Positions 45,932 through 55,137 of a DNA stretch of 64,000 nucleotides are shown here, piece by piece. The stretch's first letter is position 1, and every line of letters starts with the position of its first letter. Position numbers and translations under genes: made by a program. The notes beneath the pieces were generated by a model. That model did no database searches. It saw nothing but the letters and a program-made list of their open reading frames with translations, and was not told the DNA's origin. Origin of the DNA: Candidatus Bathyarchaeota archaeon. GTDB taxonomy: Archaea; Thermoproteota; Bathyarchaeia; Bathyarchaeales; Bathycorpusculaceae. Location of the stretch: the NCBI GenBank assembly GCA_963811105.1, contig CAWEPZ010000011.1, positions 768,001 through 832,000 on the forward strand, in the 5' to 3' direction.

Positions 45932-48568
45932 TTATCGTTTTCTGAGTACTAACATGATTGCTATGGCGGAGAGTACAACTACAATTGCTATTCCGATTGC
46001 TGCGGCTATGATTGTCATGGTATAATCTGGTATTACGACTCCTGCTTGAGTCGCGGATGCTTGAGGTGATGCCCCAACTGAGGCGTAGGTTGTTGCGAAT
46101 GAGCTACCGTATGAGTCGTCGCCCTTGAAAGATGCTGTAATAGCGTATTGTCCGTCGATTTCTGGCGTCCATGTGAAGCCGAAAGTGCCAGAGTATCCGT
46201 TGGTAGTTGTGTCGCCGACATGTATGTAGTTGCCGTTTGGATCAACCGCGTCGATTGACACAGGAACACCTGTTATCACATCGTTGTGACTTAAACCGTC
46301 GATGGGAAGCTGCATGTGGAGGTACTCCATTTGCGTGGTCATTGAGCCTTTGGATACGCAGGCTGTTCCAGGCTGGGCGGGGGATTGATCTAGCACTGTG
46401 CCTTTTATTACAATGCTGGTTCCTTTCGGAACAGCCATGTCGGGCGTTGTTAATGTTGTGTCGCTTTTGCCTTTGCCAAACACGTACATGTACCCGTCAT
46501 AAGCGTTTGAGCCTGTTAAGTAGCCGTCGGCGACTGCGCCAGGTGACATACGTCCGGAGATGTTCCATATTCCTTCGCCTGTGGTGATGTTGATTGCATG
46601 GAGCCTGTATCCTCTGGGTATGGGTTCGCTGACAGAGTGCTCATCAGAGTAAGCGTAAAGGACACCGTCTGCAATGCGCGAAGTGCTAGTGAAGAATGGA
46701 TAGTATTCTTCGCCTGTGTTGTCATCGCCGTAAACTGATTCATATGGGTAGTCGGGATGGGATTTGTAACGCCAGGTTACCTTGCCAGTAGTCCAGTTGT
46801 ATGCAACGACTCCGTCATACTGGTTGGAGATAATGTTGCCGCCGTATGATTGTACACCGTAGCATCCGAAGGTTCCCCAAGGCCAACTTGAAAGCTCGCT
46901 AACCCACAGTTCTTTCCCAGTTTTCAGATCCCAGCAGTGCCAGTGTCCATCGTTTAAGCGTACTGCGAATTTGCCGTGATCAGCGACAGATGTGCTTCCG
47001 CTGAAAAAGCCTCCGGTACCTTTCGTAGCATCGGTAGATGTATTCCAAAGCAACTGTCCTGTGAGTATGTTCGCACCCATTATTATTTGGCCATAAGTGA
47101 CTCCTGTGCTGGAAGTTGTAATTCCAGCAGTAACGACAGCTACATTAGCTTCATAATCGACTACACCTAAGCTGCTGAATGGCCAAGTAATGTTGCTAGA
47201 TATGCCAAGTCTGAAGTTTCCTAGGCTGAACCCCACTGTGTCTCCTGCCAAAGTCCAGTTGATTAAGCGATATCGACCGCCGGCTGCACTTGCTGCGCCA
47301 GCGCCAAGATCCTGTACAGTTAGGAAATAGGGCCAATCGTAAGAAGCATAGTAAGTGCCTGTTGTCAATGGGGAAATTGACATGTTAACTTTCACCGCTC
47401 CTGTAAAAGCATTGTATGTTATTAGTCGTCCGCCGCCGACGTACATGAGGTCAATTCTCATGCCTAAAGTGCTCGCCGTTTCACCTGGCACTACATCAAT
47501 CTCCCGTTCACTATACATAATCATTGTTGGAGCTTGGCTTCCGATTCCTGTCTGTTCCCAATATACTTGTCCCGTCCGCAGGTCATAGCATTGCCAAACG
47601 CTTGTAGGCATGTCGTAGTAAGTGCCGTTGACCAACGTTTTTGCAACTTTAGTAACGGTTTGATAGCATCGACCGTTATAGATGATCGATGGGCCGCCGC
47701 CGCCGTTCTGGAATGATGCGATTCCTACAGTGCCTCCAACAAGTCCGCCATCAACACCTGCTTGTTTCCAGACTATGTGCGCGCTCTTTGGTCCTTGAAC
47801 ATAGGGGATGTACCCATAGTTACTCATGTACTTGTTTGTGTCGGCTGGCCAATCAGCTAAGCTAACACCGCGTCCCACGCCTGCTACGATTCCAGTGCTA
47901 GGATAGTTGCCGAGTATGCTCCACCACTCTCTGTTCAATGCGGATACTGGTCTTGTCCAATAGTCCGTTGGAAGTGGAGAACCTGGCCAAGACATAACCG
48001 GTTCATTCTGTACTGTAAAATTGTATGGTCCGTCGCTGCTGGGTTTATAGTAGACTGATAAGGGAGCATTGAGGGGAGCCATGCCCTGTCCGGCGTAGTA
48101 AGAGTCTTCCGGCACGGTGTAGTTTCCGGCTGGGTAGTAGTTTCCTGGGAAGTCAAATTTGATTGTCCAATTGCCAAGTTGGGCGGGCGTATACTCGAAC
48201 CATGCTGTTGCATCGCCGTTGTAGGTCGTCAATGGCCCGAATGTTTCGGCTGTTCCGTCTGGCTTTGTAATGGTCACCATATATCCTGTAAGGACTCGAG
48301 CTACGTGGATTGGTGGTTGCAACCACAGGTTAACCAGCATGGGTTGATTGATTCCAACTGGGTTTGGTCTGAAGCTCATGTGTGCGATGGTTTCATATGA
48401 CACGTCAGGAGTAACGCCTGAAGGCAACGGTATTCCTTTGCCATCCCGATTATTTGTGGTTTGGGTTTGGGCATGTGCAGGTACAGAAAACATCATAATT
48501 GAAGAAGCCATCAAAAGTGCGAATAAGATTGCAATAGTTTTTTTCGCCATATTTGTATTATTTTTCAT
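45932..48568 (-). CDS. PQQ-like beta-propeller surface protein, array copy 8
   Basis: Family blocks present, signal peptide ending AHA|Q, TM + RKR. Confidence 0.85.
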   Translation of the reverse strand: MKNNTNMAKKTIAILFALLMASSIMMFSVPAHAQTQTTNNRDGKGIPLPSGVTPDVSYETIAHMSFRPNPVGINQPMLVNLWLQPPIHVARVLTGYMVTITKPDGTAETFGPLTTYNGDATAWFEYTPAQLGNWTIKFDFPGNYYPAGNYTVPEDSYYAGQGMAPLNAPLSVYYKPSSDGPYNFTVQNEPVMSWPGSPLPTDYWTRPVSALNREWWSILGNYPSTGIVAGVGRGVSLADWPADTNKYMSNYGYIPYVQGPKSAHIVWKQAGVDGGLVGGTVGIASFQNGGGGPSIIYNGRCYQTVTKVAKTLVNGTYYDMPTSVWQCYDLRTGQVYWEQTGIGSQAPTMIMYSEREIDVVPGETASTLGMRIDLMYVGGGRLITYNAFTGAVKVNMSISPLTTGTYYASYDWPYFLTVQDLGAGAASAAGGRYRLINWTLAGDTVGFSLGNFRLGISSNITWPFSSLGVVDYEANVAVVTAGITTSSTGVTYGQIIMGANILTGQLLWNTSTDATKGTGGFFSGSTSVADHGKFAVRLNDGHWHCWDLKTGKELWVSELSSWPWGTFGCYGVQSYGGNIISNQYDGVVAYNWTTGKVTWRYKSHPDYPYESVYGDDNTGEEYYPFFTSTSRIADGVLYAYSDEHSVSEPIPRGYRLHAINITTGEGIWNISGRMSPGAVADGYLTGSNAYDGYMYVFGKGKSDTTLTTPDMAVPKGTSIVIKGTVLDQSPAQPGTACVSKGSMTTQMEYLHMQLPIDGLSHNDVITGVPVSIDAVDPNGNYIHVGDTTTNGYSGTFGFTWTPEIDGQYAITASFKGDDSYGSSFATTYASVGASPQASATQAGVVIPDYTMTIIAAAIGIAIVVVLSAIAIMLVLRKR

Positions 48569-48597
48569 CTTTTTTTCTTTCCTTTTTTATATAATGG

Positions 48598-48616
48598 GCA
48601 AGTTTTGAAAACTTGC
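48598..48616. promoter_or_regulatory. Perfect palindrome in the leader of propeller copy 8
   Basis: GCAAGTTTT-G-AAAACTTGC, 30 nt upstream of the start codon. Confidence 0.5.
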
Positions 48617-48801
48617 ACCTAAACGAACTAATCGTGTTAACTAATTAATATAATATAGTGGAAAGTAGCCACTGACGACACTAGACGCAATGTAACTTTT
48701 GAGCTCGAGAGGGTTTCACGAATTTGAAAACGAGGCAGAACTGGAAACTTTTTTAATCCAACCAATTACATTTATACTGTCCATTTTTTCTCTCCCTTTT
48801 C

Positions 48802-48924
48802 TTAGTTGGTTTGTTCTTGATCTTCATCGCTTGGATATTGATACTTGTAGCATTCTTCCAGATTCCAACAAACCCGACGTCGACGCAGTATCAGATGCCG
48901 CCGCCACCACCAGCAATGACCTAA
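48802..48924 (+). pseudogene. Orphan 3' end of a membrane protein gene (DUF996-like C-terminus)
   Basis: LVGLFLIFIAWILILVAFFQIPTNPTSTQYQMPPPPPAMT* followed by a T-rich terminator. No start codon; preceded directly by another T/C tract. Confidence 0.6.
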
Positions 48925-49158
48925 ACCCATTTTTTTCTCTTTTTTTATTCCCCTTAGACATGTTATCAAAAGTTTATTCTTCACTTTATCATGCAACGAA
49001 AACTCGTCATATCCATTTTTTGGGTTAGGGACAAGAATTTCCACGCACAAATTTCAAATAATTATCCATAATGACTCTTAATCTTAAATAGAAAAGCAAC
49101 TTAGAGCACAAACAACAAAATTTGCCTCAAACAAAGCAGGAGCAGAAGCCTCTTGCAC

Positions 49159-52100
49159 TTACCAAAGCTTCCAGGGCAACTCATCCATATACTCGTTGAG
49201 GGAGCGGATTGAGGTGCCATTTTTGCCTTTCTGTCTTAAAACATCTACAAGAGCAGATGCTAGTTGCAAGTTTGTTATGACTGGTATGTTAAATTCTACG
49301 GCTTGGCGGCGGATAATGTAGCCGTCGGTTAAGATGTCTGAGAAACTATTCTGCCGGTTAGCTATAGGCACGTTGATGACTAAATCTATTTTTCGCTCTT
49401 GCAAATAATCCAAAATGTTCGGGTTAACTTCGGCTTCCTTAACCTTGTAAAGCACAGTAGCGAAAACACCCCCATCATTGAGAACCTGAGCCGTATGCGC
49501 AGTCGCGTAAATCCTAAAACCCATATCAGCAAAAGCCTTAGCTATAGGCACAACCCGCTTCTTACGTTCCTCATCTCCACCAACACTTATGAAAATCGCA
49601 CCATCTTTCGGCGGGATATTAAATTCAGCAGACTGCAACGCCTTAGAGAACGCATCAGAAAAGTTTTCGCCTAAACATGCCACTTCACCAGTACTTAGCA
49701 TTTCAACACCCAGTACCGGATCAGCTCCGCTCAAACGCATAAAGCTAAACTGCGGAACCTTGACCCCAACGTGAGGTGCAAGAGTCATTGGAGAGAGTTT
49801 TACGCCGTCAATTTTCTTGCCAAGCATTGCCAGAGTAGCTAGCTCAATTAAGTTTATTCCGCGGGTTTTGCTGACAAACGGCATTGAACGTGACGCTCGC
49901 AGATTGCATTCGATAACGTTAACTACGTCATCCTTAACAAGGTACTGAATATTATATGGACCGTGGATATTGAGAGCTTTAACTATGCTCAGGGTGCAAT
50001 CCTCAATTTTTTTCTGAACCTCAATCTTCAAGGCTTGAGGAGGAATAGTCATAGTTGCATCGCCGCTGTGGACACCTGCGTTCTCGACATGCTCCATTAT
50101 GGCCCCTATTAACACGGTTTCGCCGTCAGAAACGCCATCCACCTCAACTTCTTTCGCACGATTAATGAATTTGCTGATAACTACTGGGTGATCAAGGGAA
50201 ACTTTCGCTGCTAACTTTAGGAAATTTTCAAGCGAAGTCTCATTGTAAGCCACACGCATCGCTGACCCAGAAAGCACGTAACTTGGACGCACAATAACTG
50301 GATAACCAATTTTCTCAGCGAACCGTTTCGCTTCGCCGATTGATTGAAGTTTACTCCAGCTTGGCTGACAAATCTGAAGCTGATCCAAAAGTGCACTGAA
50401 TTTTGAGCGATCCTCCGCTAAATCAACGTTTTCAGCTGAAGTTCCTAGCAGTTTTACTCCAGCATTGGAGAGTTTCATGGCTAAATTGTTTGGAATTTGT
50501 CCACCAACGCTAGTGATTACGCCTATCGGGTTTTCTTTCTCGTAAATATCCAAAATTCGTTCCGTTGAAAGCTCTTCAAAGTAGAGTTTGTCTGAAACGT
50601 CATAATCTGTAGAGACTGTTTCTGGGTTATAGTTTACCATTATAGCTTCTTGAATACCGTTCTTTTTAAGCGCCCAAATAGTGTTAACGCCACACCAGTC
50701 AAATTCTACGCTGGAACCTATTCTGAAAACCCCTGCGCCCAACACGATGACTTTGCTTGTGTCGCTTCTTAATTCAATGTCATCTTCGTCTCCACCATAA
50801 GTGAGGTAGAGATAGTTTGTTTTCGCAGGCCACTCAGCCGCCAAAGTATCAATCTGCTTGATAACTGGAAGAATATTTGCACTTTTTCTAAAAGTCCGAA
50901 TCGTAAACTCATTAGTGCATTGGCATTCTGCAATTTGTTTATCTGAGAAACCTATACGTTTTGCTTCACGAACCACTTCAGCCGCAGAGCCTTCCGCAAG
51001 GTTTAGCTGTCGCAGTTGTGCTTCCATGTTAATGATATTTTCAATTTTATGCAGGAAGAATGGATCTACGCCACTTAAACGATAGATTTCAAGGATGGGT
51101 ATACCCATTTTTATTGCTTTAACAAGTTTGTAGAGTCGCTCGTCTGTAGGGTTGGCAATTGCATCGCGTATTCTTGCTTCTGTTTCGGGCTCTGAGTCTT
51201 CTGGGTTGCAGACTAAACCTACTTTGCCAGTGTCGAGCATACGCACGGCTTTTTGCAGTGCCTCTTCAAAGCAGCGTCCAATTGCCATCACTTCGCCAAC
51301 GGAGCGCATCTGGGGCCCGACGTGACGATCAGCATTCTTGAATTTTTGCAGGTCCCAGCGGGGGATTTTGACGGTTATGTAGTCTAAGGCTGGTTCAAAA
51401 CAGGCTGTGGTTACTTCTGTTACTTTATTTATAAGTTCTGGTAGCGTATAGCCAAGTGTAAGTTTTGTGGCTATGTAAGCTAAGGGATAACCGGTGACTT
51501 TGCTGGCGAGCGCAGAGCTTCTGGACATACGTGAATTAACTTCAATTACCCGGAATTCTTCAGATTTGGTATTTAGAGCCCATTGAATGTTGCATTCGCC
51601 TACAATACCTAAGGCTCGTATGGCGTTAATTGAAACTGAACGAATCAGGTGGTATTCGCGGTTAGACATAGTTTGTGAAGGCGCAACCACAATCGAATCC
51701 CCTGTGTGCACCCCCATAGGATCGAAATTCTCCATGTTGCAGACGGTTAAGCAATTGTCTGCGTAGTCACGCATAACCTCGTATTCGACTTCTTTCCAAT
51801 GTCCAACATACTCTTCGATAAGAATTTGGCTAATTCTGCTTTGAGCTAAACCACGGGTTGCGATCTCCTTAAGTTCTTCGGCATTATGGGCAACGCCTGC
51901 ACCTTTGCCTCCAAGAGTATAAGCAACCCTAACAATAACAGGGAAACCTATCTCATGTGCCACCTCCAACGCGTCTTTTACACTTGTGGCAGATTTACTG
52001 TTTAATGGAGGAACACCAGCTTTGAGCATTGCCTGCCGGAAACGTTCGCGATCACCAGTGTCCTCGATCGCATGAACAGGTGTTCCCAAAACCTTAACAT

Positions 52101-52434
52101 TATACTTTTGCAAAATACCCTTTTTCTCAAGTTCCAAACCGCAGTTCAACGCAGTTTGTCCGCCGAAACCCAAAAGAATGCCGTTGGGACGTTCTTTCTC
52201 GATAACTCGCTCAACAAACTCAGGCGTAACTGGAAGCAGATACACTTTACCTGACAACCGAGGGTCAGTCTGAATAGTGGCAATATTAGGATTAACTAGG
52301 ACGGTTTCAATGCCTTCTTCACGCAGAGCCTTTAGGCATTGGCTTCCAGAGTAGTCAAATTCGGCTGCTTCACCAATTTTTATGGCGCCGCTTCCAAGAA
52401 CCATTACTTTCTTTATCCAGTCAAACTTGGGCAT
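49159..52434 (-). CDS. carB: Carbamoyl-phosphate synthase large subunit
   Basis: True start MPKFDWIKKVMVLGSGAIKIGEAAEFDYSGSQ at 52434, duplicated ATP-grasp halves (NPETVSTDYD, GVHSGDA) and an MGS-like tail. Confidence 0.97.
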   Translation of the reverse strand: MPKFDWIKKVMVLGSGAIKIGEAAEFDYSGSQCLKALREEGIETVLVNPNIATIQTDPRLSGKVYLLPVTPEFVERVIEKERPNGILLGFGGQTALNCGLELEKKGILQKYNVKVLGTPVHAIEDTGDRERFRQAMLKAGVPPLNSKSATSVKDALEVAHEIGFPVIVRVAYTLGGKGAGVAHNAEELKEIATRGLAQSRISQILIEEYVGHWKEVEYEVMRDYADNCLTVCNMENFDPMGVHTGDSIVVAPSQTMSNREYHLIRSVSINAIRALGIVGECNIQWALNTKSEEFRVIEVNSRMSRSSALASKVTGYPLAYIATKLTLGYTLPELINKVTEVTTACFEPALDYITVKIPRWDLQKFKNADRHVGPQMRSVGEVMAIGRCFEEALQKAVRMLDTGKVGLVCNPEDSEPETEARIRDAIANPTDERLYKLVKAIKMGIPILEIYRLSGVDPFFLHKIENIINMEAQLRQLNLAEGSAAEVVREAKRIGFSDKQIAECQCTNEFTIRTFRKSANILPVIKQIDTLAAEWPAKTNYLYLTYGGDEDDIELRSDTSKVIVLGAGVFRIGSSVEFDWCGVNTIWALKKNGIQEAIMVNYNPETVSTDYDVSDKLYFEELSTERILDIYEKENPIGVITSVGGQIPNNLAMKLSNAGVKLLGTSAENVDLAEDRSKFSALLDQLQICQPSWSKLQSIGEAKRFAEKIGYPVIVRPSYVLSGSAMRVAYNETSLENFLKLAAKVSLDHPVVISKFINRAKEVEVDGVSDGETVLIGAIMEHVENAGVHSGDATMTIPPQALKIEVQKKIEDCTLSIVKALNIHGPYNIQYLVKDDVVNVIECNLRASRSMPFVSKTRGINLIELATLAMLGKKIDGVKLSPMTLAPHVGVKVPQFSFMRLSGADPVLGVEMLSTGEVACLGENFSDAFSKALQSAEFNIPPKDGAIFISVGGDEERKKRVVPIAKAFADMGFRIYATAHTAQVLNDGGVFATVLYKVKEAEVNPNILDYLQERKIDLVINVPIANRQNSFSDILTDGYIIRRQAVEFNIPVITNLQLASALVDVLRQKGKNGTSIRSLNEYMDELPWKLW

Positions 52435-52435
52435 C

Positions 52436-53593
52436 TTATGGTGCCTCCAACATCTTTGCAAACTTATCAAACAGCATTTCGGTGTCATATGGTCCTGGCG
52501 AGGCTTCAGGATGCCACTGCACAGCAAAAACTGGTTTATTCTTGTGTTTAACGCCTTCAGTTGTTTTATCATTAGCGTTTATAAACCAAGTTTCCAAGGG
52601 AGTTTTCTTCAAGGATTCAATGTCCACTGCGTAACCGTGATTTTGAGTTGTAATGTAGCATCGGCGGTTATTCAAGTCAAACGCGGGCTGGTTTTGGGCG
52701 CGGTGACCAAACTTTAACTTGTAAGTGTCCCCGCCCATTGCTAAAGCCAGGATTTGCGCGCCCAGACAAATACCCATAAACGGAACTTTGTCAACTACCT
52801 CTCGGACGCAATCTATTGTTTTCACGCATTTTTTGGGGTCACCTGGACCATTGCTTAAGAAAACTCCGTCAGGATGGTAGCTCATTACTTTGCTAGCGGA
52901 AGTGTCATAGGGCACTCGTACAACGTTTATGCCTCGTTTAAGCAGGTTACGGATTATGCTGTACTTTACACCGCAGTCGATCAGGACAACCGTTTTGTTT
53001 CCTTCGACGGTATATGTAACAGGCTTTTTCACGGACACCTCCTTAACTAAGTCAGTCAAATTTGGATCAGCTATGGTTTTGCCATTCTTTAAAAGGGCGT
53101 CCAAATTTGGCTCTTCATTAGCTTCGAAAACTTGCAAGATTCCAAGCATAACACCGTGAGTTCTAAGCTTCTTAGTTAAGCGTCTGGTATCTACGCCGTA
53201 AATCCCTGGGACGCCCTCATCCAGAAGCCATTTATCCAGGGTTCTTGTTGAGGCCCAATGGAATGGTTCATGACATAATTCATGGATCACTAAACCTTGT
53301 ACCTGGATATGATCTGACTCAAAATACAGCGGCAAACCATGGTTTAATTCGTTGCCTGGAACACCATAATTGCCAATAAGCGGATAAGTGAAGTTTAAAA
53401 TTTGACCTTTATAAGACGGATCAGTAAGTGCTTCTGGATAACCAACCATCTGAGTTGAAAATACTACTTCACCCGAGATTTTTCCTGTTGCTCCAAAACC
53501 CTTACCGATAAAGGACGTTCCATCTTCAAGAAGCAGAATCGCTTTTTTATTTTTGTTGGACGTGCTATCTTGTGGGACCAAAGCCCTATTCAA
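52436..53593 (-). CDS. carA: Carbamoyl-phosphate synthase small subunit
   Basis: GEVVFST.MVGY, LTDPSY.GQI, SNGPGDP, GICLG, QNHGY and QWHPE. Confidence 0.97.
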   Translation of the reverse strand: MNRALVPQDSTSNKNKKAILLLEDGTSFIGKGFGATGKISGEVVFSTQMVGYPEALTDPSYKGQILNFTYPLIGNYGVPGNELNHGLPLYFESDHIQVQGLVIHELCHEPFHWASTRTLDKWLLDEGVPGIYGVDTRRLTKKLRTHGVMLGILQVFEANEEPNLDALLKNGKTIADPNLTDLVKEVSVKKPVTYTVEGNKTVVLIDCGVKYSIIRNLLKRGINVVRVPYDTSASKVMSYHPDGVFLSNGPGDPKKCVKTIDCVREVVDKVPFMGICLGAQILALAMGGDTYKLKFGHRAQNQPAFDLNNRRCYITTQNHGYAVDIESLKKTPLETWFINANDKTTEGVKHKNKPVFAVQWHPEASPGPYDTEMLFDKFAKMLEAP

Positions 53594-53594
53594 C

Positions 53595-55106
53595 CTATAA
53601 GACTGGATTTTTAAGTCTTCCGATTGTCGAAGAAGTCGAAAGAGAATAAGACATCACGGTTAAGTTAAGTGTCTTTTCTGTGTCCTCAAGATTCTTTTGC
53701 AGCTTAGTAATGTGTGTTTTTGTTTGTTCCATTTTTTTCTTGATTGCTTTGATGGCTCTTTCAACCTCTGCGGGGGAAGGACCGCCTTGGACTTTATATG
53801 TTTCTACTATTTTGGTCGGGTTTGTGCATGCTATTATGTCCTCTTTTTTGACCGTTAACTTATCTTCAGTTGATTCCTGAGCAACTTTCTGAAGCAGTTC
53901 TGGCGTGGCATCAAGCAATGTTTGCTTGGAATCAACAAGTGATTTGACAAGAGCGCCTACTATCTTATGAGCTGTGCGGAAAGCAACATTATGTTTTTGT
54001 ACAAGCATGTTTGCGAGCTCGGTTGCGCCCACAAAACCTAAAGCGGCTTTGCTTTCAACGTTTTTGGACACTTTCAAGTTAGGCACAAGCTCTGCAAATA
54101 TACGCAATGAACTGTCCAAGTTGTCTATGGAAGCCCAGAGTTTCGGTGTTATCTCCTGGAAATCAAGATTGTAAGTTGTCGGCAAACTCTTCAGAATTGC
54201 AGTTGAAGTTACAAAATCTCCCAGGACATAGCTGGCTCTTGCTCGAATAACTTCAAGCACTTCCGGATTCTTTTTTTGCGGCATTATACTACTGGTCGAC
54301 GTGAAATCGTCAGGCAGCTCAACTGTGCCAAACTCTTGTGAGCTCCAAATTATCAAATCCTCAGCCAAACGGCTCAAATTGACGGCCATTAATGCCAAAG
54401 CGGCTTGGGTTTCAAGTATGAAGTCTCGACTACCAACTGCGTCAATCGAGTTCTCCAACACCGCGTCAAAGCCTAAGAGCTTAGCGGTTCTTTTGCGGTT
54501 TATAGGGAAACTTGTTGTTGCTAATGCACCTGAGCCAAGAGGACACAAGTTAACATGTTGATAAGCGTCTTGCAATCGTTCTAAGTCGCGGTCTAAGGCT
54601 TGAACATATGAAAGCAGGTAGTGGGCAAATGTTACTGGTTGAGCCGCTTGCAGATGAGTGTACGCCAAAATGACTGTATTAACATGCTTGCTTGCTACGT
54701 CAATAAGGTTTTGTTGCATAGCAAGAACTTTAAGCATTATTTCGGCGAGTTCTTTTCTGAGTTGCATGCGAATTGCAGTTGCTATTTGGTCGTTTCGACT
54801 TTTGGCGATATGCAGGTTTCCGCCGACGTCGGGTCCTGTTTCTTTAAGAACGGTTTCTTCAACAGCCATATGAACATCTTCAGCGGCTGGGTCAACCTTT
54901 ATGCCGTCTAGCTTTTGGAGCGCTTTGAGGATTTTTGCTCCGTCTTGCCAATGAATAATTTTTCGCTCCATAAGCATTATGATATGGGCTTTGTTAATGT
55001 CAACTACAGCTTTGGCTAAGCGTTCATCGTCTTTTCGTGAAGAAGTAAACGCTGCAACATCTTTACGTACAGATGGTAGCCGTCCGCCATGTAGTATTTT
55101 TGACAT
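53595..55106 (-). CDS. argH: Argininosuccinate lyase
   Basis: EDVH, SRNDQ, YTHLQ.AQP and SSIMPQKKNPE. Confidence 0.97.
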   Translation of the reverse strand: MSKILHGGRLPSVRKDVAAFTSSRKDDERLAKAVVDINKAHIIMLMERKIIHWQDGAKILKALQKLDGIKVDPAAEDVHMAVEETVLKETGPDVGGNLHIAKSRNDQIATAIRMQLRKELAEIMLKVLAMQQNLIDVASKHVNTVILAYTHLQAAQPVTFAHYLLSYVQALDRDLERLQDAYQHVNLCPLGSGALATTSFPINRKRTAKLLGFDAVLENSIDAVGSRDFILETQAALALMAVNLSRLAEDLIIWSSQEFGTVELPDDFTSTSSIMPQKKNPEVLEVIRARASYVLGDFVTSTAILKSLPTTYNLDFQEITPKLWASIDNLDSSLRIFAELVPNLKVSKNVESKAALGFVGATELANMLVQKHNVAFRTAHKIVGALVKSLVDSKQTLLDATPELLQKVAQESTEDKLTVKKEDIIACTNPTKIVETYKVQGGPSPAEVERAIKAIKKKMEQTKTHITKLQKNLEDTEKTLNLTVMSYSLSTSSTIGRLKNPVL

Positions 55107-55137
55107 TTCATTCAGCCCTCCGTTGCCTCATGCTTTC

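Noticed and set aside
17959-48568. Diversity-generating retroelement, CRISPR or integron as the explanation for the array
   Set aside because: No reverse transcriptase, no adenine-specific TR/VR pair, no regularly spaced repeats, no integrase and no conserved attC-like site were seen.
17959-48568. Calling the propellers PQQ-dependent dehydrogenases
   Set aside because: Only generic Trp-docking repeat motifs are visible. I could not identify the quinoprotein active-site signature, and no pqq genes are present in the window.
52435-52572. N-terminal extension of carB in the ORF track
   Set aside because: It overlaps carA; homology starts at MPKFDWIKKV (52434).
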